Assembly: GCF_000737315.1 (NCBI RefSeq)
Contig: NZ_JMCB01000013.1
Span: 248,001-312,000, forward strand
Reading direction: 5' to 3'
DNA from: Hyalangium minutum
Lineage (GTDB): Bacteria > Myxococcota > Myxococcia > Myxococcales > Myxococcaceae
DNA length: 64,000 nt
The notes beneath the pieces are model-generated. The model was not told the origin of the DNA, searched no databases, and saw only the letters and a list, made by a program, of their open reading frames with translations. The first letter of the stretch is position 1, and every line of letters starts with the position of its first letter. Positions 22,313-31,685 of the stretch are shown one piece after another. The position numbers and the translations under genes are program-made.

Positions 22313-22328
22313 GGCTCCTGGCTGCGGC

Positions 22329-22442
22329 TCACTGGGGGCGGCGGCCCACGCGGTTCTTGTCCCAGATGGCGTAGATGGAGTCGATGTGCGTCATCAGGAA
22401 GCGCTGGACTCGCTGAGGAAGAGCGGCGCCAGTCACGCCCAT
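22329..22442 (-). pseudogene. 37-codon chimeric remnant (start of one gene fused to the end of a DUF5985-like gene)
   Basis: MGVTGAALPQRVQRFLMTHIDSI|YAIWDKNRVGRRPQ-stop with coding-like GC3 bias; too short for the supplied ORF track. Confidence 0.5.
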
Positions 22443-22642
22443 CAGATGCGGTCAAATGATTTGAGCTGCAGCTAATGCTGGAGCGGTGTGTTCCACCAGC
22501 GGTACCGGGGCGCTCTGTGAGCATTCAGGCTGGCGGCCTGGAACTCGCTGTGCTGCCTGGGTGGCTGCCGCAACCTGCCGTCCGTACCTTTCTGGCGAGC
22601 CTTTCATCTGTTGAACGAGCGCCAGCAGGAAGGGGGAGCGCC

Positions 22643-23509
22643 ATGGGGAAGGAGCATCGCGCGGGTCCGGTCGAGGTGCTCCGCAACCTGGCCTTGTCGC
22701 TCGAGCGCATGGCGGCGCGCGAAGCGGCGAGCAGTGTGATGCGCGGCGCGGCCGAGGGGATACGCGAGGAACTGCCGGATGAGCTCGAGAGGCAACTGCA
22801 CGCGCTGCTCCAGGATGCGCTGACGGTCCTCGGGCGCATGGCACATGAGGCCGCCGAGCGGGAGCCCGTGGAGCCGGGGGCTACCGCGCACACCCTGGCG
22901 GCGGCGGCGATGCAAGGGGTGGTGGAGGTGCTGGAGCGGGAGTGGCAGGACGGTGGGATGCCCTTCCACGCTCTCGTCGAGCGCATCAATCGCCTCCTGG
23001 ACGAGATCACCTCCTTTGCCCGCAGCCGCACCGACGAGATTCGCACGCCCGGAGAGCGGGCCCAGGCCATGGCGGAGGGCATGGTGAGGGCGGCCGTGCG
23101 GGAGCTTCAGGAGTCCTTGCCAAGGCTCAAGTCGAAGCTCCGGGAGGACGGGGCGCTCCTGGGAAGCTTGTTCGAGCAGGCTGGCCGGGGACTGGCGAGG
23201 GGGCTGGCAGCGGGCCTTCGCGAGGAGCTCGCCTCGGGCAAGGCGGTGGGATCTTCCTTGGAGGAGCTCGCCGGGCGCTCCTCCGCCGCGGTGGTCCGGG
23301 GCGCGAGCGGAGCGCTGAAGGAGCAGGCGGGGCCGTGGCGGCAGGCCGTGGAGCGCGACGGGACGCTGCGGCGGGCGAGCCGGGAAGTCACGGCGGGGGT
23401 GCTGGAGGCCCTGGGAGCGAGGCTGCGGCGCCCGCTCCTCGCGCTCATGGGGGCAGGCGGCGCGCTCGTGGGGCTCAGCCTGTTCGCGGCCCGGTGGCGC
23501 CGCGCCTGA
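22643..23509 (+). CDS. Hypothetical helical protein with C-terminal membrane anchor
   Basis: ATG at 22643 after GGGGAG; Ala/Glu-rich; ends in a hydrophobic helix followed by RWRRA. Confidence 0.7.
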   Translation: MGKEHRAGPVEVLRNLALSLERMAAREAASSVMRGAAEGIREELPDELERQLHALLQDALTVLGRMAHEAAEREPVEPGATAHTLAAAAMQGVVEVLEREWQDGGMPFHALVERINRLLDEITSFARSRTDEIRTPGERAQAMAEGMVRAAVRELQESLPRLKSKLREDGALLGSLFEQAGRGLARGLAAGLREELASGKAVGSSLEELAGRSSAAVVRGASGALKEQAGPWRQAVERDGTLRRASREVTAGVLEALGARLRRPLLALMGAGGALVGLSLFAARWRRA

Positions 23510-23546
23510 GGCCGGGCCCGGAGTGTCCGAGCCCGGCGAGGCCGGA

Positions 23547-25568
23547 TCAGGTGCCCGTCGGCGGCGGCGTGATGCGGGGCGGGACCGACGTGTCGTGCGG
23601 GGCCACGAGGCGCAACTGGCCGTGGTTGGCGGAGGCGAACTTCGCGTCCACGTCCCGCTCCAGGTACGTGTAGCCGGACAGGCCTTCCTCGTACATCCGC
23701 AGCAGCGTGCGCGACTCGTCCAGGGAGATGCGGCCCTGGCGCAGCGCCACCTCGGTGAACTTGCGCAGCCGGGCGACGAGATCGTCCTTGTTGTAGCTCA
23801 CGTAGTGGAGCACCTCGTTGACGGTGTCTCCCTCCACCACGTGGTCGATCAGGTAGCCCCCGTTGGGCGCCAGCGACACCTGCACGGCGTGCGTGTCGCC
23901 GAACAGGTTGTGCAGGTCGCCGAGGATCTCCTGGTACGCGCCCACCAGGAAGATGCCCAGCAGGTAGTCGTCATCGTTGAGCGGGTGCAGCTCCAGCGAG
24001 TCCTTCACCTCGCGCTTGTCGATGAAGTGCTCGATCTTCCCGTCCGAGTCGCAGGTGATGTCCGCCAGCACCGCCTTGCGCGTGGGCTTCTCGTTCAGGC
24101 GGTGGATGGGCATCACGGGGAAGAGCTGGTCGATGGCCCACGAGTCCGGCAGCGACTGGAACACCGAGAAGTTGCAGAAGTAGGTGTCCGACAGCTGCTT
24201 CTCCAGGGACTCGAGCTCCTCGGGGATCTCGCCGGCCTCCCGGGCGATCCGCATGATCTTGTGGCAGATGGCCCAGTAGACGTTCTCGGCGGCCACGCGC
24301 TGCTCCAGCGACAGGTGGCCCAGGGAGAACAGGGTGAGGCTCTCCTCCTTGGAGTCTTGGGCATCGTGCCAGGACTCCAGCAGGTTCTTGTTCGTCACGT
24401 CCCGCAGCGTGCTCACCAGGTTGCGGACCACGGAGGGGGCCTTCTCGTCCACCTTGTCCGGGGCCATCGCCGGATCGAACTCGCTGGTGCCCAGCACGTC
24501 CATCACCAGGACCGCGTGGTGCGCCACCACGGCGCGGCCGGACTCGGACACGATGGTGGGGTGGGCCACACCGGCCCGGTCACACGCCTCCATGACGCCG
24601 AACACCACGTCGTTGGCGTACTCCTCGGTGGTGTAGTTCATGGACGAGGTGAAGTTCGTCTGCGAGCCGTCGTAGTCCACGCCGAGGCCGCCGCCCACGT
24701 CCAGGTACTGGAGCGGGGCACCCTGGCGGGCCACCTCCACGTAGAAGCAGCCCACCTCACGCAGCGCGTTCTTCACGTTGCGGATGTTGGAGATCTGGCT
24801 GCCCAGGTGGAAGTGCAGCAGCTCGAAGTGCTGCAACAGGCCTGTCTCGCGCATGAAGGCGATGGAGGCCATCAGCTCCGAGGAGGTGAGGCCGAACTTG
24901 GAGCGGTCACCGCCCGAGGCCTCCCACTTGCCCGCGCCGCGGGTGGACAGGCGCACGCGCACACCCAGCCGCGGGGCGATGCCCGTGCGGCGGGCCACCT
25001 CGGCGATCAGCGGCAGCTCGCTGGGCTTCTCCACCACGAGGATGACCTTGCGGCCCAGGCGGGAGAAGAACAGCGCCGTCTCCACGTACTCCTCGTCCTT
25101 GTAGCCGTTGCAGATGACGAGCGCGTCCTCGTTGTCCAGCAGGGCCATGACGGCGAGCAGCTCCGGCTTGCTGCCGGCCTCCAGGCCGTAGCCGTACTGC
25201 TTGCCCGTCTCGACGATGGTCTCCACCACGTAGCGGTGCTGGTTGACCTTGATGGGGTACACGCCCCGGTACTGGCCCTTGTAGTTCTGCTCGGTGATGG
25301 CCTTCTTGAAGGCCTCGTTGAGGTGCCGCACCCGGTGGCGCAGCACGTCGGTGAAGCGGATGAGCAGCGGCAGGCCAATGCCCCGGCGGCGCACCTCTTC
25401 CACCAGCTCCTTCAGGTCCATGCTGGCGGCCTGGGGACCGTCCGGATGGACGCAGACGTGGCCCTTGTCGTTGATGCCGAAGTACGGGTTACCCCAGTTG
25501 CGGATCCCGTAGGTCTCCAGGGCGTCGGCGAGCGTCCAGCGGTGTTGCGGGGGGGAGGTGATGGCCAT
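23547..25568 (-). CDS. speA: Biosynthetic arginine decarboxylase
   Basis: YPIKVNQ, LEAGSKPEL, HFHLGSQ, DVGGGLGVDYDG, CDSDG, HNLFG. Confidence 0.97.
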   Translation of the reverse strand: MAITSPPQHRWTLADALETYGIRNWGNPYFGINDKGHVCVHPDGPQAASMDLKELVEEVRRRGIGLPLLIRFTDVLRHRVRHLNEAFKKAITEQNYKGQYRGVYPIKVNQHRYVVETIVETGKQYGYGLEAGSKPELLAVMALLDNEDALVICNGYKDEEYVETALFFSRLGRKVILVVEKPSELPLIAEVARRTGIAPRLGVRVRLSTRGAGKWEASGGDRSKFGLTSSELMASIAFMRETGLLQHFELLHFHLGSQISNIRNVKNALREVGCFYVEVARQGAPLQYLDVGGGLGVDYDGSQTNFTSSMNYTTEEYANDVVFGVMEACDRAGVAHPTIVSESGRAVVAHHAVLVMDVLGTSEFDPAMAPDKVDEKAPSVVRNLVSTLRDVTNKNLLESWHDAQDSKEESLTLFSLGHLSLEQRVAAENVYWAICHKIMRIAREAGEIPEELESLEKQLSDTYFCNFSVFQSLPDSWAIDQLFPVMPIHRLNEKPTRKAVLADITCDSDGKIEHFIDKREVKDSLELHPLNDDDYLLGIFLVGAYQEILGDLHNLFGDTHAVQVSLAPNGGYLIDHVVEGDTVNEVLHYVSYNKDDLVARLRKFTEVALRQGRISLDESRTLLRMYEEGLSGYTYLERDVDAKFASANHGQLRLVAPHDTSVPPRITPPPTGT

Positions 25569-25795
25569 TGCGTCTCAGGGCCTCCGGGGCGAGGGGATGT
25601 GGCTGGAGTGCCAACAACCCATGGAACGCGCGCAACTATAGGGAAAGCGCCCCGGGTTCAATAGCCGACTGTCAGCCGGGCAGGCAGCCGAGCGGCGCCG
25701 CGGGGGAGGGGGAGCCCCGAGGTGGGCCTCCTCGCGTTTCATTCCTACCCTCCTGTTGAACGCTGGGAGGACGCGTGGACCGAAGGGGAGGGTAC

Positions 25796-26869
25796 ATGGA
25801 GTCGTCCGCACGCAGGGACGAGGGGCCGGTGCTGACGCCCCGGCAGATCTTCGAGCGGCTGGATCGCTACGTCATCGGGCAGGAGGAGGCCAAGCGGGTG
25901 GTGGCCATTGCTGCCCACAACCACCTCAAGCGCATTCAGGCCAAGCGCCAGCGCCGGGGGTCGCTGATCAAGAAGTCCAACATTCTGCTGATAGGGCCCA
26001 CGGGGAGCGGCAAGACGCACATCGCCCGGAACCTGGCGGAGATCCTGTCTGTCCCGTTCACCACGGTGGACGCCACCGAGTACACGGAAGCCGGGTACTA
26101 CGGGAAGGACGTGGAGGTGATGATCTCGGACCTCCTGTTCAAGGCGAACCACTCGGTGGAGGACACCCAGAGGGGGATCATCTTCATTGACGAGGTGGAC
26201 AAGATCGCCCGGCGCTCGCAGGGGGCTCGCAATGGGGCGGGCAGCCGGGACATCGGCGGCGAGGGCGTGCAGCAGGCGCTGCTGAAGCTCCTGGAGGGGC
26301 GCGAAGTTTTTGTGCCCATGAACGTCACGCAGGCGTGGAACAAGAGCGACTTCGTGCAGATCGACACGCGCGACATCCTCTTCATCTGCGCGGGGACGTT
26401 CTCGGACCTGCACGACTACGGGGAGAGCGCGGCGCGGCCGCTGGGGTTCGGGGCGGAGGAGCTGGCGCGGAAGGTGAAGAAGCGCATCAGCGTGAAGCAG
26501 CTGGTGGACTTCGGGATGCTGGCGGAGTTCCTGGGGCGCCTGCCGGTGACGGTGCAGCTGCAAGCGCTGGGGGAGGACGACTTGCTCCGGGTGCTGACGG
26601 AGCCGCCGGACTCGGTGCTGAAGGAGTTCCGCGAACTGCTGGCGTTCGACGAGATCGAGCTGGACTTCACGGAGCAGGCGCTGCGCGCGGTGGTGCGGTT
26701 CTCGGTGGAGAAGGGGCTGGGAGCCCGCGGCCTGCGCTCAATCTTGGAGTACGTGATGTCGGACGTGATGTTCGAGGCCCCCGAGTGCCGCCGCCGGCGG
26801 ATCACGGTGGACGCGGACTTCGTGGGCGCCCGGCTGGCTGGACTGGACGCGGCGCAGCTGAGCACCTGA
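25796..26869 (+). CDS. clpX: ClpX-like AAA+ unfoldase without the N-terminal zinc-binding domain
   Basis: GPTGSGKT, IIFIDEVDKI, GVQQALLK, LGFG, EFLGRLP, GARGLR; ATG at 25796 after GGAGG. Confidence 0.88.
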   Translation: MESSARRDEGPVLTPRQIFERLDRYVIGQEEAKRVVAIAAHNHLKRIQAKRQRRGSLIKKSNILLIGPTGSGKTHIARNLAEILSVPFTTVDATEYTEAGYYGKDVEVMISDLLFKANHSVEDTQRGIIFIDEVDKIARRSQGARNGAGSRDIGGEGVQQALLKLLEGREVFVPMNVTQAWNKSDFVQIDTRDILFICAGTFSDLHDYGESAARPLGFGAEELARKVKKRISVKQLVDFGMLAEFLGRLPVTVQLQALGEDDLLRVLTEPPDSVLKEFRELLAFDEIELDFTEQALRAVVRFSVEKGLGARGLRSILEYVMSDVMFEAPECRRRRITVDADFVGARLAGLDAAQLST

Positions 26870-26870
26870 T

Positions 26871-27470
26871 TCAGAAGACCACGCCGTCCAGCTTCTCCAG
26901 GACGGCGCGAATGGCTTCCGAGGTGGTCCCATGGCGCTTGGCGAGCGCCGGGGCCGAGAACGTCAATGCTCTGGTCGAAGGTGGGTCCTCGGCGCAGATC
27001 TCCATTGCACCTCGCCCGACATCGCCAGGCCATGGCAGGGCAGTCAGCTCACGGTGCCGCTGCTGGGGATCCAGAAGGGTGAAGCACGGCCAGGGAGGAA
27101 AACGGAGCCGACGGGCATCACAGCCGAGGAATCGAGTCTGATCGAGGTTGGCCTCAGTGAAGTCGCAGTCGTCAATGCTCCCTTGGCCCGGTGCGGACGG
27201 CCATTCACCGAAGTCATTTCCAGTGAAGCGGCCCTTGAACCGGCAGCCTGTCAGGACCACGGATTGCCAACGGAAATTCTTCAATTCCCGTTTGACCTCA
27301 ATGCTGCAGCCGATGAGCCGCGTTCGAGCAATGACGAGAGCGCGTGCAGGCACCCCAATGACCAGAGTGCAGTTCCGGAGGGTCAGATTGTGACCCAGAT
27401 AGAACACCTCCGTCGCACTCTCCAGGACGAGCCGCTCATTCGCGATTTCTTGGTCACGGAATTGGATCAT
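26871..27470 (-). CDS. Putative cognate immunity protein, beta-helix/pentapeptide-like
   Basis: Starts 27 bp after the toxin stop; no signal peptide; periodic LRNCTL / LTGCRF / IDDCDFTEANL segments; many A/T-ending codons. Confidence 0.68.
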   Translation of the reverse strand: MIQFRDQEIANERLVLESATEVFYLGHNLTLRNCTLVIGVPARALVIARTRLIGCSIEVKRELKNFRWQSVVLTGCRFKGRFTGNDFGEWPSAPGQGSIDDCDFTEANLDQTRFLGCDARRLRFPPWPCFTLLDPQQRHRELTALPWPGDVGRGAMEICAEDPPSTRALTFSAPALAKRHGTTSEAIRAVLEKLDGVVF

Positions 27471-27497
27471 GCTTCCTGATAGCCGGTTTTGGGAGGC

Positions 27498-28985
27498 TCA
27501 AAAGGTGATGAGCCGGAAGAACATCTCCGCCATTCTGCGTCCATGGAGAGCCATGTTTGAGTCTGTTCCTGCAAGGATCTCGTATCTGATTCCCGTCGCG
27601 GGGTTCACGGCATCCACGCCCGTGCGGCTCCACTGCAACTCGCTGAACTGATCTCTCAGTCTGTTTTCTACCCACTGTCCGCGGAACCGCAGTTCCATCA
27701 GGCGTGCTTTCAAGTAATGGCCTGCATCGCGCGCGTCCTTGATGGCTCTTTGTTGGGGTCGTGAGAGTTCAGCTGGGCTCCACTCATTCGCGATGCGCTT
27801 CGCCGCTGCCTGGAGTGAGTCACCGACTGGGTCCCTGGTAGGCACTTCCTTGAGCGACTGACCGGCGCGCAAGTGCCAGCGCTGTCCGTTGATGAAGACC
27901 TGCTGGTTGCCTCCTCGGTGGCGGATGAGGGTGACGGAGTGCGCTTCGGCTGCTTCTTCCGCCGATGCGGCCGCTCTGCCGCCGGGCCGTCGCACCATGA
28001 GGGTGAAGGTCTGCTCCTCGGCTGCGGCGGCCCATTCCACTTCGCCTGCAGCACTCAGGCGCATCCCTTGCGCCTCGGCCTGGGCCGCCGCCTTTGCAAA
28101 CCCCGGCAGCTTCGGCAGCTTCTGGACGAACTTCCCACCACCCCCCACGATGGCGGTGGTGATCAACATCACCAGCACCCGCGCGGTGTTTTCTCCCATG
28201 AGCTGACTGAAGCGCTCGCTGGCCTCTTCTATTTCCTCATAAGTGGTTGCCCGGTCCGCCTCGCGTACCAGCTGGGCCCACCCATCCATCAGAGTCCACA
28301 GCGTGTGCACCGGCAGCCACGCCAGCATTGCCAGGGTGAGACTGGCCGCCAGCAGCTTCGAGACAGGTTCCGGCAGCAGCCAGAGCGTCATGTAGACGAA
28401 GGCAGTGCACACCACCATGGCCACCACGGCCTGGGGAGTCACCATTCCCCGAAGCGCCGCCCCCGTCTCCCTCAGCACCCGTTTCAACGACAGCGCCAGC
28501 GCTAACGCACGCACGTCCTCCTTCGTCAGCGTGGGGCCGTCCGCGAGCAGACCCAGGCAGTCGCCCCCTCCGTACTGCTGCAGGCACATGTTCAGGTAGC
28601 GCCGCCGGTACTCGGCGGCCGTGCTTGCTTCCAGCGGGCTCTCCTCGTCCAGGGGCGTGAGCCGCACGACCTGGCCGCGCTCCATCTCCGCCAGCAAGGA
28701 GGCGTGCAGCCCACCCTGCATGAGCAGCCGTGCCTCCTCCATGGGCTGGGAGGAAGGAACCACCTCCGGGGCCAGCATCCTCAAGGCCCGCTGGAAGTCT
28801 GCCGAGGACAACTGGACGGACTCCTGCGAGCCGATGTCTGGGGCGAAGACGTGCAGCTCGTATCGCGCTGCCGCCGACCGCACCTCGTCCGGATCCGCGT
28901 CCTGGAGTGCGCGCATGGCTCGCGGTGTCCCTGTGCAAGCCGTCAGCCACACCAGAAACAGCGCTCCCACTTCTCGCCAGCTCAA
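27498..28985 (-). CDS. sitA5: SitA5-family lipoprotein polymorphic toxin with an uncharacterised C-terminal domain
   Basis: TTG start with RBS; lipobox LTAC; conserved N-terminal blocks DCLGLLADG, LPEPVSKLLAASLT, GWAQLVREAD, MGENTARVL; variable C-terminus; small gene immediately downstream. Confidence 0.75.
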   Translation of the reverse strand: MSWREVGALFLVWLTACTGTPRAMRALQDADPDEVRSAAARYELHVFAPDIGSQESVQLSSADFQRALRMLAPEVVPSSQPMEEARLLMQGGLHASLLAEMERGQVVRLTPLDEESPLEASTAAEYRRRYLNMCLQQYGGGDCLGLLADGPTLTKEDVRALALALSLKRVLRETGAALRGMVTPQAVVAMVVCTAFVYMTLWLLPEPVSKLLAASLTLAMLAWLPVHTLWTLMDGWAQLVREADRATTYEEIEEASERFSQLMGENTARVLVMLITTAIVGGGGKFVQKLPKLPGFAKAAAQAEAQGMRLSAAGEVEWAAAAEEQTFTLMVRRPGGRAAASAEEAAEAHSVTLIRHRGGNQQVFINGQRWHLRAGQSLKEVPTRDPVGDSLQAAAKRIANEWSPAELSRPQQRAIKDARDAGHYLKARLMELRFRGQWVENRLRDQFSELQWSRTGVDAVNPATGIRYEILAGTDSNMALHGRRMAEMFFRLITF

Positions 28986-29016
28986 GGGGTACCTCTCTCT
29001 GCGGAGGCGCGCAGTC

Positions 29017-29763
29017 TCAGCGGTCCGAGGCCTGGGCCGCTGCGCCCAGCCGTGCCGCGAACTCCGGATCCTGGATGAGCTGGAGGATCAGGTTGCTGCG
29101 CAGCAGCGCCTGCGTGTCGCCCTGCTCGAGCGCCCGGCGCAGCGAGTCTTCCTTCAGCGCCCGCTGGAAGCGGGGATCCTGCCGCAGCGCCTTGTAGGCC
29201 GGATCGTTCTGGAGCTTCCGCGCCCTCTCTGGATCCGTGCTCGCCTGCGCCACCCGGACGAAGTCCTTGATCGGCGCGAACTGCGTCATCTCGAAGAGGT
29301 TGTGACTCCGCACCAGGCCAAAGGCCTTCGAGTCCTTTGGCGAGATGCCCAGCTTCTTGCCCGCCACCACCACGTGCTGCTCCACGAACGTCAGAGCGCT
29401 CATCACCACGTAGCAGATGAGCGCCACCTTCGTCCCTCCCAGCACGAAGCCGATCATCCGGTCCGGACCGCGGTTGTTCGGATCCTTCCCCGCCATCAGC
29501 CGCTGCAGCAGCGCTACGAGTGCGTAGCGCACCGTGATCAGCACCACCACGAACACCAACACCGAGGCCACCAGCACCCCGGCCAGCTGTGAGTCCCCGA
29601 ACGAGCCCGCCAGCTTGGGGCCCAGCACCGGCCCCAGCCGCTTCGAGGCGAAGTAGGCGACGGCCATGCCCACCATCTGGGCGATCTGCTTCGCCGCCCC
29701 CGAGATGGCTCCGATCAGCGCGAAGAAGATGACCAGGCACAGGATCGTGACGTCGATGACCAC
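29017..29763 (-). CDS. cvpA: CvpA family membrane protein
   Basis: IDVTIL...GAISGAAKQI; DRMIGFVLGGTK; four TM helices. Confidence 0.85.
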   Translation of the reverse strand: MVIDVTILCLVIFFALIGAISGAAKQIAQMVGMAVAYFASKRLGPVLGPKLAGSFGDSQLAGVLVASVLVFVVVLITVRYALVALLQRLMAGKDPNNRGPDRMIGFVLGGTKVALICYVVMSALTFVEQHVVVAGKKLGISPKDSKAFGLVRSHNLFEMTQFAPIKDFVRVAQASTDPERARKLQNDPAYKALRQDPRFQRALKEDSLRRALEQGDTQALLRSNLILQLIQDPEFAARLGAAAQASDR

Positions 29764-29793
29764 CGTGGACCCCCTCCTACCATCTGCTGCGCC

Positions 29794-31662
29794 TTACTTG
29801 ATTTTGAACGCCTCGCCCTTGGACTTGGACTCGTCGTTCAGCTTCTTCTGCACCTCGGCGAGCTTCTCCTTATAGAGCGCGTTGGACGACTCGTAGGTGA
29901 CCGCCATCTTCAGGTTGCGCTCGGCGCTGGCCAGACGGCCCGCCTCCAGATCGTCGATGCCACGCTTGAAGAACTCTCGGCCCTTGGGGGTCGTGCCGAT
30001 CTGCTCGGCCTGCTCCTTCTTCGCCGCCGCCTTCGACTCGGCCTCGGAGGTCTCGGTGAAGCGCAGCTTCTGAGCCCGCTCCGGCCCCGTCACGTCCGCC
30101 ACGTACCTGCGGCGCTTCGTGTCGTCGCGCAGCACGTAGTAGGCCTCGGTGACGCGCTTGTAGAGCTCGTTCACCTGATCCTTCAGCTCCTTGTTCTCGA
30201 GCTGGTAGAAGCGATCCGGGTGGAAGGCGCGGCTCTCGCGGTAGAACGCCTTCTTGATGTCCGCCGGTGTGGCGTCCTTCGGGAGCTGCAGCACCTCGAA
30301 GTAGTCGCTCTGATCGAGTTGCGCGCAGCGGGCGGCGAGCTCGGCCATCTGTGCCTCATCGAGCGAGCCCTTGGCTGTAGCGGCCGGCGGCGGCGGCGGT
30401 GGCGTGGCGGGCGGCGGAGGAAGCCGGGCTGCGGCGGGTGCCACCGGCGGCACCACCGGCGCGATACCCGGAGCCACTGGGTCCCGGTCCGGAGGAGGAG
30501 GCGGCGGCGGCCGAGCCCCTACCGGAGGAACCACGGGCGCTACGCCCGGAACTGGACGTGCCGCAGCTGGCTGCACGGTGGGAATGCCCGAGCGCGACGG
30601 AGGCCGCTGTCCCGGGGCGGGAGGCGGCACCACAGCGGGCCGGGGGCCCGTCGCCGAGGTCGCCACCGCTGGCAGCGAGGTCGTGGGCTTCTCTCCCGGT
30701 CGGTAGGGAGGAGGCGTGGACACCGGAGGCGGAGGCGGAGTCTGGCCCACGGCGATCACCGGCGGAGGACGCGGCGCACCGGCCGCCGGAACAGGACGTC
30801 CCGCTGGAGGCTGTCCAGGAGCAGGTGGGCGCACTGGCGTGCCCTTGGGGGGCGTGCCCGCGGCTGCGGCAGGTGGAGGCGGAGGCACCGCGGAAGGCGG
30901 ACCGGGAGGAACGGGCGCCGGAGTCGTGTCGCTCCGAGTGACGGAGATCGGCACGATGCCCGGGAGGGTGGGCCGGTACGCGGGAGCCGCCGGGGAGTTT
31001 GGAGTCGGCTCTCTCAGCGAGACACCCGGGCCAGGCTGGGGCGTGACGGAGATAGGGGTGATGCCCTGAATCGTGGGGCGGTTGGCCACGGCGGGCGCAG
31101 GCCGAGGCGCCGCGACCCCTGGCGAGCCCGGTCGAGGCGCCGCCACTCCCGGCGAGCCCGGCACGGTGGGCGTCGTGACCGACGGGTACGCGTCATAAGG
31201 AAGCGGGGGCATGCCTGGAACCGTGGGCCGCTCCGAGGGCGGCACGGCCCCTTGCACGGTGGCGATGCCCGGAACCGTGGGGCGCTCGCCCACGGGAACC
31301 GGAGCGGGAGGAGGCCCTACCACGGGAACCGGTGTGGCGGGTGAGAGCAGGCGAGCCGGCATCTGCGGTGCAGCGGGGCGCGGCGCCGCAGTGGGAACCG
31401 GCGGAGTGCTCGGCACAGGCGGCGGGGGCGGAGTCCCCGGAGCCACGGGGCGCTGCGAAGCACCCACGGCGGGGATCGGCTGGGCGACGGGCACAGTGCT
31501 CGCGGGGCGCGGGGCACCCGGAGCGGCTCCTGGAGACGCCGCGCGAGGCGGGACACCCGGAGCAGTGGGAGCCCGGGGCGCACCTGGGGCCGCCGGGCGC
31601 GCGGGGGCGGGGCCGGGAGGGGGGCCGGGGGGCTTACCGCTGGGGTCGGGGGGCTGGGACAT
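29794..31662 (-). CDS. J-domain protein with a very long Pro-rich N-terminal region and a C-terminal TPR-like helix pair
   Basis: DYFEVLQL...IKKAFYRESRAFHPDRF...YYVLRDD; roughly 430-residue Pro/Ala-rich N-terminus. Confidence 0.88.
   Translation of the reverse strand: MSQPPDPSGKPPGPPPGPAPARPAAPGAPRAPTAPGVPPRAASPGAAPGAPRPASTVPVAQPIPAVGASQRPVAPGTPPPPPVPSTPPVPTAAPRPAAPQMPARLLSPATPVPVVGPPPAPVPVGERPTVPGIATVQGAVPPSERPTVPGMPPLPYDAYPSVTTPTVPGSPGVAAPRPGSPGVAAPRPAPAVANRPTIQGITPISVTPQPGPGVSLREPTPNSPAAPAYRPTLPGIVPISVTRSDTTPAPVPPGPPSAVPPPPPAAAAGTPPKGTPVRPPAPGQPPAGRPVPAAGAPRPPPVIAVGQTPPPPPVSTPPPYRPGEKPTTSLPAVATSATGPRPAVVPPPAPGQRPPSRSGIPTVQPAAARPVPGVAPVVPPVGARPPPPPPPDRDPVAPGIAPVVPPVAPAAARLPPPPATPPPPPPAATAKGSLDEAQMAELAARCAQLDQSDYFEVLQLPKDATPADIKKAFYRESRAFHPDRFYQLENKELKDQVNELYKRVTEAYYVLRDDTKRRRYVADVTGPERAQKLRFTETSEAESKAAAKKEQAEQIGTTPKGREFFKRGIDDLEAGRLASAERNLKMAVTYESSNALYKEKLAEVQKKLNDESKSKGEAFKIK
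31103..31161. repeat. Two-copy 30-bp coding tandem repeat (PGSPGVAAPR) in the J-protein
   Basis: cgaggcgccgc-ac-cc-ggcgagcccgg at 31103 and 31133. Confidence 0.8.
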
Positions 31663-31685
31663 CGTCAGAGCCTGTCAGAGGCCTC

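Noticed and set aside
26871-28985. Mobile element carrying the toxin-immunity pair
   Set aside because: No transposase, integrase, terminal inverted repeats or target-site duplication seen.
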